The notes beneath the pieces are model-generated. The model saw only the letters and a list, made by a program, of their open reading frames with translations, ran no database searches and was not told the DNA's origin. Both the position numbers and the translations under genes were made by a program. A stretch of 26,421 nt of DNA, taken from the IMG/VR virus record IMGVR_UViG_3300006204_000001. One strand, written 5' to 3'. This document shows positions 9,383 through 18,668 of this stretch, piece by piece; position 1 is the first letter of the stretch; each line of letters begins with the position of its first letter. The DNA is from a virus. Its lineage: Duplodnaviria > Heunggongvirae > Uroviricota > Caudoviricetes.

Positions 9383-9418
9383 TAGAGGTATCCAATTGGA
9401 TACCTCTATTTTTCTTTT
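9383..9418 (+). terminator. Intrinsic terminator
   Basis: Perfect 26-bp palindrome TAGAGGTATCCAATTGGATACCTCTA followed by a T-tract. Confidence 0.85.
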
Positions 9419-9425
9419 ATATATT
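9418..9425 (+). promoter_or_regulatory. TATATATT candidate early promoter
   Basis: Recurrent intergenic motif; the following ATAAAAGTGA is echoed at 23397. Confidence 0.5.
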
Positions 9426-9478
9426 ATAAAAGTGATGGTAATAAATTAAGTGTTAAAAAAACGAAAGGAGAATTATTT

Positions 9479-10510
9479 ATGAAACACATTATTATTCCAG
9501 AAAAAGCTAATGTAAAACTTTTGTCAAAAGCTATTTATAGCTTATTAGCAGGATTAGATTATTCTGTTGGTAAAGTTACAGTAGATGAAACAAATTATCA
9601 GTACTATATCCGTTCACAGGCAGATGGAGATGGTACAACTATCTATTCCATGTTTGCTTTTAAGACAACAGGAACATTTGAAATGAATATACCATTGTAT
9701 ATCTCAGACATGATTATTATGCCTAATTTCTCAATGCGGCTGATTAACATTAGTAAAGGAATGACAAAATTACATGATGCTAATGATGATATCAACGTTT
9801 TGTATGGTCGGTTTTCAGACTACAGAGAATTGTTCATTGAAATCTCTAATCATATCATTGAAATGTATTTGCACGAAAAATGCAAATTGACTGTATATTG
9901 TCTTGCAAAGAAATTTCCAAATGGAGATAGACATCAGGTTCTAAATGGTGCCATATTCGGGTTGTATTGGAATAAATCAAAACAGCAGATGGAATTTATT
10001 GATCTAATGAAAGAGGATAATACTTTATGGGTGATTCCTAATATTGAATCTGATACTGTACAAAAAAATGGCACAAGAATAATTCAGTCATCACAAACTG
10101 TATATGTTTGTATTCCTATTGAAAAAGCTGTTAAAATTTTTCAGGATAACCAGGAAGAAGCTGAAAAGTTAGCATCTACAGCTGATTCTATTGCTGCAAA
10201 GTTATCTGACAAGAAAACTTTGGTATATGAATTAGTAGATGAACATTCCAAGCCGATTCATTATGGTGACGGATATTCTGTAAAAGTTTTCATGTTTGAA
10301 AAGCCGATTACTAAAAAGAAATTCAAAGAAGTTCTTAAAGATAAGAAACTGGCTGTGAATGAGGAGGAGGAATATCCATATGGCAACTATGTGAATATTT
10401 ACGCAGGTAAGTTTGATGATTTCAAGAACCGTACGAAAGTAGAAGATTGGGATTATGAAACAATATCCAATGTATGGACATGGCAGGAGATTCATCAGTA
10501 TACCGATTAA
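9479..10510 (+). CDS. Hypothetical protein, 343 aa; probable paralog of 10575..11555
   Basis: AAAGGAG RBS; YCLA..F......LNG..F motif at aa 140-160. Confidence 0.8.
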   Translation: MKHIIIPEKANVKLLSKAIYSLLAGLDYSVGKVTVDETNYQYYIRSQADGDGTTIYSMFAFKTTGTFEMNIPLYISDMIIMPNFSMRLINISKGMTKLHDANDDINVLYGRFSDYRELFIEISNHIIEMYLHEKCKLTVYCLAKKFPNGDRHQVLNGAIFGLYWNKSKQQMEFIDLMKEDNTLWVIPNIESDTVQKNGTRIIQSSQTVYVCIPIEKAVKIFQDNQEEAEKLASTADSIAAKLSDKKTLVYELVDEHSKPIHYGDGYSVKVFMFEKPITKKKFKEVLKDKKLAVNEEEEYPYGNYVNIYAGKFDDFKNRTKVEDWDYETISNVWTWQEIHQYTD

Positions 10511-10526
10511 TAAATAACACATAATA

Positions 10527-10558
10527 TGGGGATTCAGTTGAATCCCCAATTTTTATTT
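10527..10558 (+). terminator. Intrinsic terminator
   Basis: TGGGGATTCA/TGAATCCCCA stem followed by a T-tract. Confidence 0.8.
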
Positions 10559-10574
10559 GTAAAGGAGAAAAAAT

Positions 10575-11555
10575 ATGATTAAGGTTATAAATAATATTAC
10601 AATTGGTTTACTTAAAAATTTTATTTTTAGTAAATATGCTAGAATAAATCTGAACGGAATAACAGATGAGGTGGAGTATGATTATGAAAATAATACTTAT
10701 AGAATATATTCTATAGTCGATGAATTATCAGTAAGGATATATTTCGGAAATAGTGATGGATTTTCAAGATCAAAATTAATTATGAATTTTGATCATGACA
10801 TGAATGTATTATTTTATGATGAAATAGATCATACACATTGTGCAGCTAAAGTTAATCCAGATACAATTATTGACAATAAAATATGGGATTTATTATTCGA
10901 TAATCCTGATGAGCATAAAGCAGAACAGACAGGTATCGAAGCTATGATTCTGAAATATTCAGAAGGGTTTTTATCTGAATACATGTATTGTTTAGCAATA
11001 CCTTTTGGATCTAAGGATGGTGGTTTATATAATTTGAATGGTAAATGTTTCCAGATAGAATTACAGAAAAATCATGCATTATTTAAATCTAATAAAGGTG
11101 ATACGATTCTTTCAGTGGGTGCTACTACTAAATCTGATTATATTGTTAATATATTCAATGAGAATAATGTTGATATTGTGATAAATAATGATCATAATCT
11201 TGTCAGAATAAACTTAATAACAGTTAATTACATTATCGATCAATTACATCAGGAATACTTTTTCAATAAAGAAGCCGATGAGGAAGAGAACATAGATGAA
11301 GACAATATATGGTATGATTCAATGGAGAATATTGCCGCATATGTGATAAAAAGAAATGATGAGATTCTTTGTTATTTTGAAAAGAATATATCTGGGATTA
11401 AAGCAAAGCATTTTATTATGAATTATTTGAAATACAAAGGAATCGCAGATTTTAAAAATGAATGTGAATTTCTTAGCAGCTATATCATTTTATCTTATGG
11501 AAACGAAATAACGAATGACACTGTTTCATTCGTGTTTTATATCAAAAAGAAATAA
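10575..11555 (+). CDS. Hypothetical protein, 326 aa; probable paralog of 9479..10510
   Basis: AAAGGAG RBS; YCLA..F......LNG..F motif at aa 138-159. Confidence 0.8.
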   Translation: MIKVINNITIGLLKNFIFSKYARINLNGITDEVEYDYENNTYRIYSIVDELSVRIYFGNSDGFSRSKLIMNFDHDMNVLFYDEIDHTHCAAKVNPDTIIDNKIWDLLFDNPDEHKAEQTGIEAMILKYSEGFLSEYMYCLAIPFGSKDGGLYNLNGKCFQIELQKNHALFKSNKGDTILSVGATTKSDYIVNIFNENNVDIVINNDHNLVRINLITVNYIIDQLHQEYFFNKEADEEENIDEDNIWYDSMENIAAYVIKRNDEILCYFEKNISGIKAKHFIMNYLKYKGIADFKNECEFLSSYIILSYGNEITNDTVSFVFYIKKK

Positions 11556-11563
11556 AAAGATTT

Positions 11564-11596
11564 AAGGGTGGTTTAATTCCACCCTTTTATTTTTTA
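11564..11596. terminator. Terminator between convergent genes
   Basis: AAGGGTGG/CCACCCTT stem followed by a T-tract. Confidence 0.75.
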
Positions 11597-11598
11597 TA

Positions 11599-11808
11599 TT
11601 ATTGAGCAAAATCATAAGGTAAACTTGTCATTGTTTCATAATCATCTGCTGTAATTTTATTTTGTACTCTATATTCAATTAAGTATACTACACGTTCTAC
11701 AGGTCTATATGTTTTTTGTATAGTCTCCAATGCTAACTTTTCTGCATCTGTTAAATTTGTTCTATTAGAAAAGTCTACATAAAATTTAGACTGATCGTAA
11801 AGAATCAT
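11599..11808 (-). CDS. 69-aa protein with XkdX-like C-terminal motif
   Basis: NKITADDYETMTSLPY resembles the XkdX pattern GKIT.EEY..ITG..Y; ATGA overlap with the upstream gene. Confidence 0.5.
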   Translation of the reverse strand: MILYDQSKFYVDFSNRTNLTDAEKLALETIQKTYRPVERVVYLIEYRVQNKITADDYETMTSLPYDFAQ

Positions 11809-12557
11809 GGTTCTTCCTCCTTTAATAATTCTTCAAATTTTGTATAATTTTTATTTACAATTTTAATAAACTTAACGAATCGAGTTAAAGATTGCATCAT
11901 TTCTTCTTTAAGTTTATCCTTTTCTCTGCTTTCTTGATTAATATTTAATGCAGATCCATCATCTTTTATTTCTACTTCTAAACCGAGAGATGGAATATAA
12001 AAATCAGGGATATAAAAATGTATATCTCCTTTATAATGATAAATATATGTATGTGGTGAAGGTGAAAATAAATCAGATGAAGGCCAATATAATTTATAAT
12101 CTAAATATTTCAAAAAATCTAATTCATATGATGATGAATATGTAAATTTAGATTTATTATCAGACCATATATATTCACCTGATATTTTTCTATTAGCTAA
12201 CATTTTCTTTTGCATTTCTGGATCATCTAATAAATATACTTTGCCATATTTATCTATCATTCTTTTATCACGTTCTTCCTTATATTTTTGCTTACACATT
12301 GGATTATTACAGAAACGTGAATATTTCATTGTTTTTTCATTGAAATCTGTTTCATTATGACATTCTATACAACTACCTTTATCTTTTCCAGTTAATAAAT
12401 AATAAAAATATCTATAACCATTCATTCCTTCTGGTAATAATAATCGATGTTTAGTATCATAATGTTTACCCATTTTATGTTTAGCATCTATAACTTGTTT
12501 CCTATTTGAAGGTATAGGAATATTATATTTACAAAAGTTGCATCTATATATCTTCAT
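11805..12557 (-). CDS. Zn-finger PD-(D/E)xK (TnsA-like) endonuclease
   Basis: CNFC..H...H, CIEC..FCNNPMC, SSYELDF and YIPDFYIPSLGLEVEIKD; AAGGAG RBS. Confidence 0.75.
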   Translation of the reverse strand: MKIYRCNFCKYNIPIPSNRKQVIDAKHKMGKHYDTKHRLLLPEGMNGYRYFYYLLTGKDKGSCIECHNETDFNEKTMKYSRFCNNPMCKQKYKEERDKRMIDKYGKVYLLDDPEMQKKMLANRKISGEYIWSDNKSKFTYSSSYELDFLKYLDYKLYWPSSDLFSPSPHTYIYHYKGDIHFYIPDFYIPSLGLEVEIKDDGSALNINQESREKDKLKEEMMQSLTRFVKFIKIVNKNYTKFEELLKEEEP

Positions 12558-12631
12558 ATGTTAACCATCTCCTTAATATTTTATATTATACAATAATTTT
12601 ATAATAAATGTATAAAGTACCAAAAAGTAAA

Positions 12632-12643
12632 TACATCGCATTA
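12632..12643 (+). promoter_or_regulatory. Candidate late promoter (T)ACA-N6-TA
   Basis: TACATCGCATTA, one mismatch to AACA-N6-TA, just before the RBS of the 851-aa gene. Confidence 0.35.
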
Positions 12644-12664
12644 TTTTAAGGAGGGAATACAATA

Positions 12665-15220
12665 ATGGCAAAAAATTTTTGTAAGATCTATGAGTATGAA
12701 TTAATGGAAGATGTAAGAACATTAATGAATCATAGTTCAAAGGTAAAAGCAGATATATTCAAATCAATTATGATGAATCGTAATAGTGATTTATTAGTAT
12801 ATAAATCTTTTCTTTCATATATAAATATTTTATTAAAACGATATGAAGAGTATGGATTTGAATTATCTAATAGAATGAAAAACTGTAAGGGTATAGAAAA
12901 TATTAAAATTATATCATATGATGATATTAAAAATATTATTTATGCAAAATATGATTATGAATCATTATTATCATTCGTAGATGGGGTAATGAAAGCATCA
13001 TCAGAAGGTAATAATAAAATGAATGTGGAAGAATTCTTTATACATGTAGTAACAAAAGCATTTAAAGAATTACCACCATCCACAGCAGGAATCCTTGATT
13101 CATATATAGGAGATTCAACAGTTATTACTTATAAGGTATCTGATAAATATGAATCACGATTATTTGAATCATTAAAGACATATAAAATGTTTAATAATAC
13201 AGATCGTTCAGATTTATATCGTAATATTACATCTATTATGAATATGATGTCAAATTATGATCTTGTAAATAAATATATCAAATTTGCTAATCCAAAAGAA
13301 ACTATATCAGCTATTAGTTGTATTATAGAATTTATAACATATTCTGTTACAGCATATATTTCACGTATTTATATCATTGGATCATATTTGATAAATTTTA
13401 TTTATGCAAATGAAGATCTTAATACAAAACCACATATAGAATTTACAGAAAGATCTGAATTACCATCTACAGAACAAACATTGGATTCAGTAGCTAGTAC
13501 AATATGTAGAGATTTAGAAGATGCATTTTCTAAGGATATAAACAATCATAAAGAATTAAATAATAAACTTAAAGAATTTATTATAAACATAGGATGCGAA
13601 TTAAATCAAGCATTATCAAATACAGAAACAGAATATTGTGCAAAGGATGCATATGTTAATTCATTTAGTAATAAATTGAATGGTAATGCATTATATAATT
13701 TTCTTATTAATGGTAAATATGAATTATTTAGTATGGATAATATAGAACCACATCTTGCAGAATTACATAATATTTTAAAATCTTCTATATATAATCCTAC
13801 ACATGCTATTGAAGGATCATCATCTGATAGACATGAAATAATTCATACAATTAAAGGTGCATCTATAGGAAAGACAATGAAAGATGTACAGAATGTATCT
13901 TTAGATCTTTATAAATTTATAAGATATATTGGTAATCAAATATCAAATACATTGAATACATTATCAAGGTGGTCGGGCGATATACAGGTATCATTGTTAT
14001 ATAATCCTACAATCAAAAATGATATTGCTGATTGTGATAGAATGATGAGAGAAATATATGCAGAAATAGCTCTTATAGTAATTCAAAAATTTAAAGATAT
14101 TGAAGATGAATATAATAGATTAGTTAGTAATAAGAAAAATGATATTATGAATAAATTATCATTAAATCTTTCTAATACTAAATTAACTACAGATAATACT
14201 ACTAATGCTGCGTCTGATGCAACTCGTATTCCATTAGGAATAATGGATATGTATACAATGCAAGCATTTGAAAGTGCTAATATGTATAATGAATATCTTA
14301 GAGAAATTTTTAAAGATGATATTTATTTCTCTGAAGCATTTAATTTTTCATCTATCATTGAATATCTTAAATCATTACTCAATTCAGGATTACAGAAGTT
14401 AGAAAATTTTATTAATGATAATAAGGTGAAACTTTGTGTAAAATGGATTAATGATAATAAAGAAAAATTCAATTCTCTTGACTATAATAAAGTTGGAGTT
14501 ATAAAAGTATTACCATATAAAGAAAATATTAATATAAAATTAGGATTAACAAAATTAATTTCAAATGCATCTCAATATAAAAATAAAGATGTTAAATCAT
14601 ATTCAGAATCATTATATCCTAATAATACTGTATATAGTTGGTTTACTTCTTCTAATACTAATGATAAAAAACAAAAAACTGGATCAAATAAATATTGGAA
14701 TTATATTTGTTTTGCTAAGAGTGAAGCAGAAGTTACAGATAAACCTGCATCATATATTGATATACAAGGTGATAACATAAGTAAATATGTAAATAGTTAT
14801 ATTTCAACTATATTATCTTTACAAGCTGCTTATAATGAAATAAAGAAAGATAAACAAACATTGGATAATATTGTAAATGATATACAGAAAGAAATTGTTA
14901 GATTAACTAATGAACAGAAAAAGAATAATAATTCAAATGCAGCTGATGGATCAGTACCGCCAAATATGAATGATAATAATCAGAATAATAACAATAATAA
15001 TTCTGATAATAATCAAACACATACAGAAAGTACTAATGCTCCTGAGACACCTGGAGATAATAAATCAGATAATGAATTAAATGCTCTTAAGGATAAAATA
15101 ACTGCATTGCAATTAGCAATTAGTAATTTATGGATACCTATTCCGTATATAGTAGCTAAAGTAGTTTCTGTTCAATATGGTTATCTAAAAGAAATCTATA
15201 ATAAAGTACCTAAAGCTTAA
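12665..15220 (+). CDS. Probable virion structural protein, 851 aa
   Basis: AFE|S, FSE|A and FTE motifs; Asn-rich linker near the C-terminus; strong RBS. Confidence 0.55.
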   Translation: MAKNFCKIYEYELMEDVRTLMNHSSKVKADIFKSIMMNRNSDLLVYKSFLSYINILLKRYEEYGFELSNRMKNCKGIENIKIISYDDIKNIIYAKYDYESLLSFVDGVMKASSEGNNKMNVEEFFIHVVTKAFKELPPSTAGILDSYIGDSTVITYKVSDKYESRLFESLKTYKMFNNTDRSDLYRNITSIMNMMSNYDLVNKYIKFANPKETISAISCIIEFITYSVTAYISRIYIIGSYLINFIYANEDLNTKPHIEFTERSELPSTEQTLDSVASTICRDLEDAFSKDINNHKELNNKLKEFIINIGCELNQALSNTETEYCAKDAYVNSFSNKLNGNALYNFLINGKYELFSMDNIEPHLAELHNILKSSIYNPTHAIEGSSSDRHEIIHTIKGASIGKTMKDVQNVSLDLYKFIRYIGNQISNTLNTLSRWSGDIQVSLLYNPTIKNDIADCDRMMREIYAEIALIVIQKFKDIEDEYNRLVSNKKNDIMNKLSLNLSNTKLTTDNTTNAASDATRIPLGIMDMYTMQAFESANMYNEYLREIFKDDIYFSEAFNFSSIIEYLKSLLNSGLQKLENFINDNKVKLCVKWINDNKEKFNSLDYNKVGVIKVLPYKENINIKLGLTKLISNASQYKNKDVKSYSESLYPNNTVYSWFTSSNTNDKKQKTGSNKYWNYICFAKSEAEVTDKPASYIDIQGDNISKYVNSYISTILSLQAAYNEIKKDKQTLDNIVNDIQKEIVRLTNEQKKNNNSNAADGSVPPNMNDNNQNNNNNNSDNNQTHTESTNAPETPGDNKSDNELNALKDKITALQLAISNLWIPIPYIVAKVVSVQYGYLKEIYNKVPKA

Positions 15221-15223
15221 TTA

Positions 15224-15267
15224 AATAAGAAGAGGGATTTAAATCCCTCTTCTTATTATTTATTTTT
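15224..15267 (+). terminator. Intrinsic terminator
   Basis: Perfect 34-bp palindrome at 15224..15257 followed by a T-rich tail. Confidence 0.85.
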
Positions 15268-15270
15268 AAC

Positions 15271-15278
15271 TATATATT
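15271..15278 (+). promoter_or_regulatory. TATATATT candidate early promoter
   Basis: Recurrent motif immediately after a terminator. Confidence 0.5.
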
Positions 15279-15324
15279 CTTATATTGACATAGGATATAT
15301 TAAATATAGAAAGGAATAAATATT

Positions 15325-16866
15325 ATGTTTGATAATATAGAGAAAATGTATCAGGAATTATTACAGGCAGAGGCGAATTCATATAATGAAGGTTCAGGTG
15401 TTAATGGATTATATGATTACCAGTATGATAGTTATGATGATATAGAAGTTATAGGTACAAGTGCAGAAACAGCTAAAGAACAAGAAAAAATAGAAAAAGC
15501 ATTAGGTGATAAATATAATTATGATAAATATAATGAATCGCCAATAGAAGAAAGATTACATTTTAAACGATATAGTGTAAAAAGAGAGCATAAATATACA
15601 GAGACAGAAATGAAAAAGATTAGGGAAGAATGTGAAGCTGTTATAGTACATGATTATGGTGAAAATGATATATATCATATGTCTGATGAAGAAAGACAAG
15701 AAAATGATATGTTGGCAGAAATTAGTATAAAGTTAAGAGGTATTGGTAGGATATATCATAAGGTAGATCAATATGTTGAAGCTATGAGAGTTGTAACGCA
15801 AGCATGGGAAATTTTAGAGAAAAATAATTATATACATCCTGAAGATGAATTCTTTCAACTTGTAGCAGAAGGTAAAATAGTATCTAATAGAATAATAATG
15901 CCAAAACTAAAAAGAAAAGATAAATATAATATGGATCTAATAATAAAATATATTAGTAACCCAGAATTAGATCCTGCAGATTTAAGACCAGAAGTAAAAG
16001 ATTTAGATCCATTAGATGATGATTTTTACACAGATATGGAAGAAAATGAAGAATATGTTAGATTAAGAGATAAATATAAGGAAGAACATAAAAATGATAT
16101 TATAAAGAATGATTTTACAGGTAAAAAAGAAAAGATTGATGATTATGAATTGGAATATAGAGCAGATAATTATGCAAGAAATGAATTGAAGATAATAAGG
16201 ATGGAAGAATTATTAACTCCAGAAGAGGCATTATCATTAAATAATAATGAACCGTGTCAAATGAGAGTTAAAGAAGTAAAGAGGAAATATATAAAAGATT
16301 TTAGTGAATTCGGTTCTTTGAAATCTAGAAAGAAAAAGTTTAATAAGAAAGAAAAATATATTAGAGATAATTTACATCTATTATTGAATAAAATACAAAC
16401 TAATCCTAAAAATCATGATGATGACGAGGGATTTACTAGAAGTTATATGTTAACACATAATATGTTTGAAACTGATAAACCTGAAAAAGATGTTTGGGAC
16501 GATATACATTTTGAAGGATCATTAGCATCTGATTCGGCAGATTATTTATATAATATCACTGTAAGAGAAAAATTGATGGAACAACATCCATTGAAAGATA
16601 GATATCAAACATATGCAGATAAAGAATTAAGTAATTTCTTCAAAGTATTAGAAGATCATGGAGTTAGTACACTAGAACTTAGCAGAAGAATGGATTATAG
16701 TCAGGAAGAAGAAAATAAGAAAATATCACAAAGGAAGAAGAAAGAAAATAGAAAAATGGAATCACAAATTATACAGCGAATTACAAAACAAAATAATGAT
16801 CCTAAATTTAAGAAACTAGTAGCTAAAGCAGAAAAAGCATTAAATAGAGCTGCAGAAGAATATTAA
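15325..16866 (+). CDS. Hypothetical charged protein, 513 aa
   Basis: Long ORF with GAAAGGA RBS; no motif recognised. Confidence 0.8.
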   Translation: MFDNIEKMYQELLQAEANSYNEGSGVNGLYDYQYDSYDDIEVIGTSAETAKEQEKIEKALGDKYNYDKYNESPIEERLHFKRYSVKREHKYTETEMKKIREECEAVIVHDYGENDIYHMSDEERQENDMLAEISIKLRGIGRIYHKVDQYVEAMRVVTQAWEILEKNNYIHPEDEFFQLVAEGKIVSNRIIMPKLKRKDKYNMDLIIKYISNPELDPADLRPEVKDLDPLDDDFYTDMEENEEYVRLRDKYKEEHKNDIIKNDFTGKKEKIDDYELEYRADNYARNELKIIRMEELLTPEEALSLNNNEPCQMRVKEVKRKYIKDFSEFGSLKSRKKKFNKKEKYIRDNLHLLLNKIQTNPKNHDDDEGFTRSYMLTHNMFETDKPEKDVWDDIHFEGSLASDSADYLYNITVREKLMEQHPLKDRYQTYADKELSNFFKVLEDHGVSTLELSRRMDYSQEEENKKISQRKKKENRKMESQIIQRITKQNNDPKFKKLVAKAEKALNRAAEEY

Positions 16867-16894
16867 TTTATTAAAAGAAAGGAAATAAAATATT

Positions 16895-17479
16895 ATGATA
16901 AGTATGCCAGTAGAATTGTACACAGATGGAAGTTGTTTAAGGAATCCAGGAGCAGGAGGTCTTGGATTCCTAATAAGGTATTATGATGAAATTGATGATC
17001 AATCTATGCCAGAAGAAAAAATTATAGAAGGTAATCAAGGTTTCAGATTAACCACTAATAATAGAATGGAAATAATGGCAACATTATATGGAATAAAGAA
17101 AGTAATTGAGTTAACTAATTCTAAAGTATTAGATGGTATAAAACAATTAAACATATTCTCTGATAGTGAATATTTATGTAATGCAATTAATCAAAGATGG
17201 ATAAATAGATGGCAAGAGAATAATTGGATGACATCTGGATTTAGAGGAAATCAACCAAGTCCAGTAAAGAATAAGGATTTATGGGAACAGATAATAATTA
17301 TGCAACAAGAATTACAGAATATGGATATTATAATGACTATTACTCATGTTAAAGGACATGCAGATAATGAATACAATAATAAAGCTGATAAATTAGCAAC
17401 ACAAGCATCAGGAAATGGTCAGAATCATATTATAGATGAATATTATGAGAAGACTACTACTGTAATAAATAGGAGATGA
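16895..17479 (+). CDS. rnhA: Ribonuclease HI
   Basis: YTDGSC..NPG.GG, TNNRME, SDSEY, VKNKDLW and HVKGHA..YNNKADKLA. Confidence 0.96.
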   Translation: MISMPVELYTDGSCLRNPGAGGLGFLIRYYDEIDDQSMPEEKIIEGNQGFRLTTNNRMEIMATLYGIKKVIELTNSKVLDGIKQLNIFSDSEYLCNAINQRWINRWQENNWMTSGFRGNQPSPVKNKDLWEQIIIMQQELQNMDIIMTITHVKGHADNEYNNKADKLATQASGNGQNHIIDEYYEKTTTVINRR

Positions 17480-17485
17480 TAATTT

Positions 17486-17632
17486 ATGAACTATGAAGAA
17501 CTATGTAACTTGCCAAAATTGAATGGATGCAGTATTATAGGAGATAAAACATTTGAAGATTATGGCTTAGTACCCATATCTTCAGAAGAATTGACAGAAT
17601 TAATGTTAGAGGTATTTGGTTATGTATTATAA
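17486..17632 (+). CDS. 48-aa protein missing from the ORF track (MNYEELCNLPKLNGCSIIGDKTFEDYGLVPISSEELTELMLEVFGYVL)
   Basis: AGGAG RBS at 17471 overlapping the rnhA end; a terminator follows immediately. Confidence 0.75.
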   Translation: MNYEELCNLPKLNGCSIIGDKTFEDYGLVPISSEELTELMLEVFGYVL

Positions 17633-17634
17633 AT

Positions 17635-17680
17635 AAATAGAGGGAATTATCCCTCTATTTATTTTTTATTTTATTTTTTA
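17635..17680 (+). terminator. Intrinsic terminator
   Basis: AAATAGAGGGA/TCCCTCTATTT stem followed by a T-tract. Confidence 0.85.
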
Positions 17681-17682
17681 CT

Positions 17683-17690
17683 TATATATT
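17683..17690 (+). promoter_or_regulatory. TATATATT candidate early promoter
   Basis: Recurrent motif; the TTTTTTACTTATATATTTTAAT context is repeated at about 24843. Confidence 0.5.
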
Positions 17691-17719
17691 TTAATGATGA
17701 ATAAAGGAGGTATTATAAT

Positions 17720-18070
17720 ATGATAACTAAAGTAAACTATGATAGTACAAAAGAAAAGAGTGTAATAAATGGATTTTTAACTGAACTGAATAATTGTATA
17801 GATCAATATAATTCTATACTAGAAGAAGTCAATGAGGCTAGCGTATGGATTGATCATGAATATGAAAGAGCTGTTAAAGAAAATCTATTTATTATTCATG
17901 ATAGAGCATCTGTGTTTAATGAATCTTATATTTATAATATAATATCAGATGAATTAAAAGTATCATTAAATACTCAATTGGATACTATTAGAAATGAAAT
18001 ACTAATAGAAAGAGAAAAACAACAGATACGAATGAAAAATAATGGAATTAAATTAAATGAAGATATTTAA
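17720..18070 (+). CDS. Hypothetical protein, 116 aa
   Basis: AAAGGAGG RBS. Confidence 0.8.
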   Translation: MITKVNYDSTKEKSVINGFLTELNNCIDQYNSILEEVNEASVWIDHEYERAVKENLFIIHDRASVFNESYIYNIISDELKVSLNTQLDTIRNEILIEREKQQIRMKNNGIKLNEDI

Positions 18071-18158
18071 AAACTTTTCTATGTTCATAAAAGTTGAATT
18101 TCAAAAATAAACGTTTCAAATTATTAAAAATAAAAATTTGAAAAGGAGGGAATAAAAA

Positions 18159-18668
18159 ATGAATCATTATAATATGAAATATCATAATATTACTACTGAT
18201 GATATGAAAAATGGTGATGGATTACGTGTAGTATTATGGGTATCAGGATGTTCACATCATTGTGATGGATGCCATAATCCATTTACTTGGGATCCAAATT
18301 CTGGTTTAGAATTCACTCAGGAGACAGAGGATGAATTAATGGATAAATTAAATTATCCATATATATCAGGATTGACATTATCAGGAGGTGATCCATTTTT
18401 TCATAGTAATATAGTAGATGTAGGAAAATTAATAGGAAAAGTAAAATTAAATTTTCCTAAAAAGACAATATGGGTATATACTGGATTTAAATATGAAGAT
18501 ATTTATCCTAATATAAAATATTTTATATCTAATATAGATGTAATAATAGATGGAAGATTTGTTAAGGATTTAGCTGATGTAAAATATAAATGGGCAGGAT
18601 CAACAAATCAGAGAATTATTGATGTAAAGAAAACAATAAAGACAGGAGAGATAGTAAGTTATGTATAG
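18159..18668 (+). CDS. nrdG: Anaerobic ribonucleotide reductase activating protein (radical SAM)
   Basis: NGDGLRVVLWVSGCSHHCDGCHNP, GLTLSGGDP, WVYTG and GSTNQRIID; overlaps the nrdD start. Confidence 0.96.
   Translation: MNHYNMKYHNITTDDMKNGDGLRVVLWVSGCSHHCDGCHNPFTWDPNSGLEFTQETEDELMDKLNYPYISGLTLSGGDPFFHSNIVDVGKLIGKVKLNFPKKTIWVYTGFKYEDIYPNIKYFISNIDVIIDGRFVKDLADVKYKWAGSTNQRIIDVKKTIKTGEIVSYV

Noticed and set aside
10232-14780. ORFs 10232..10549, 11948..12145 and 14565..14780
   Set aside because: Overlap better-supported genes and show no motifs or convincing RBS
14960-15015. AAT-rich microsatellite
   Set aside because: Ordinary imperfect Asn-rich linker in the 851-aa protein
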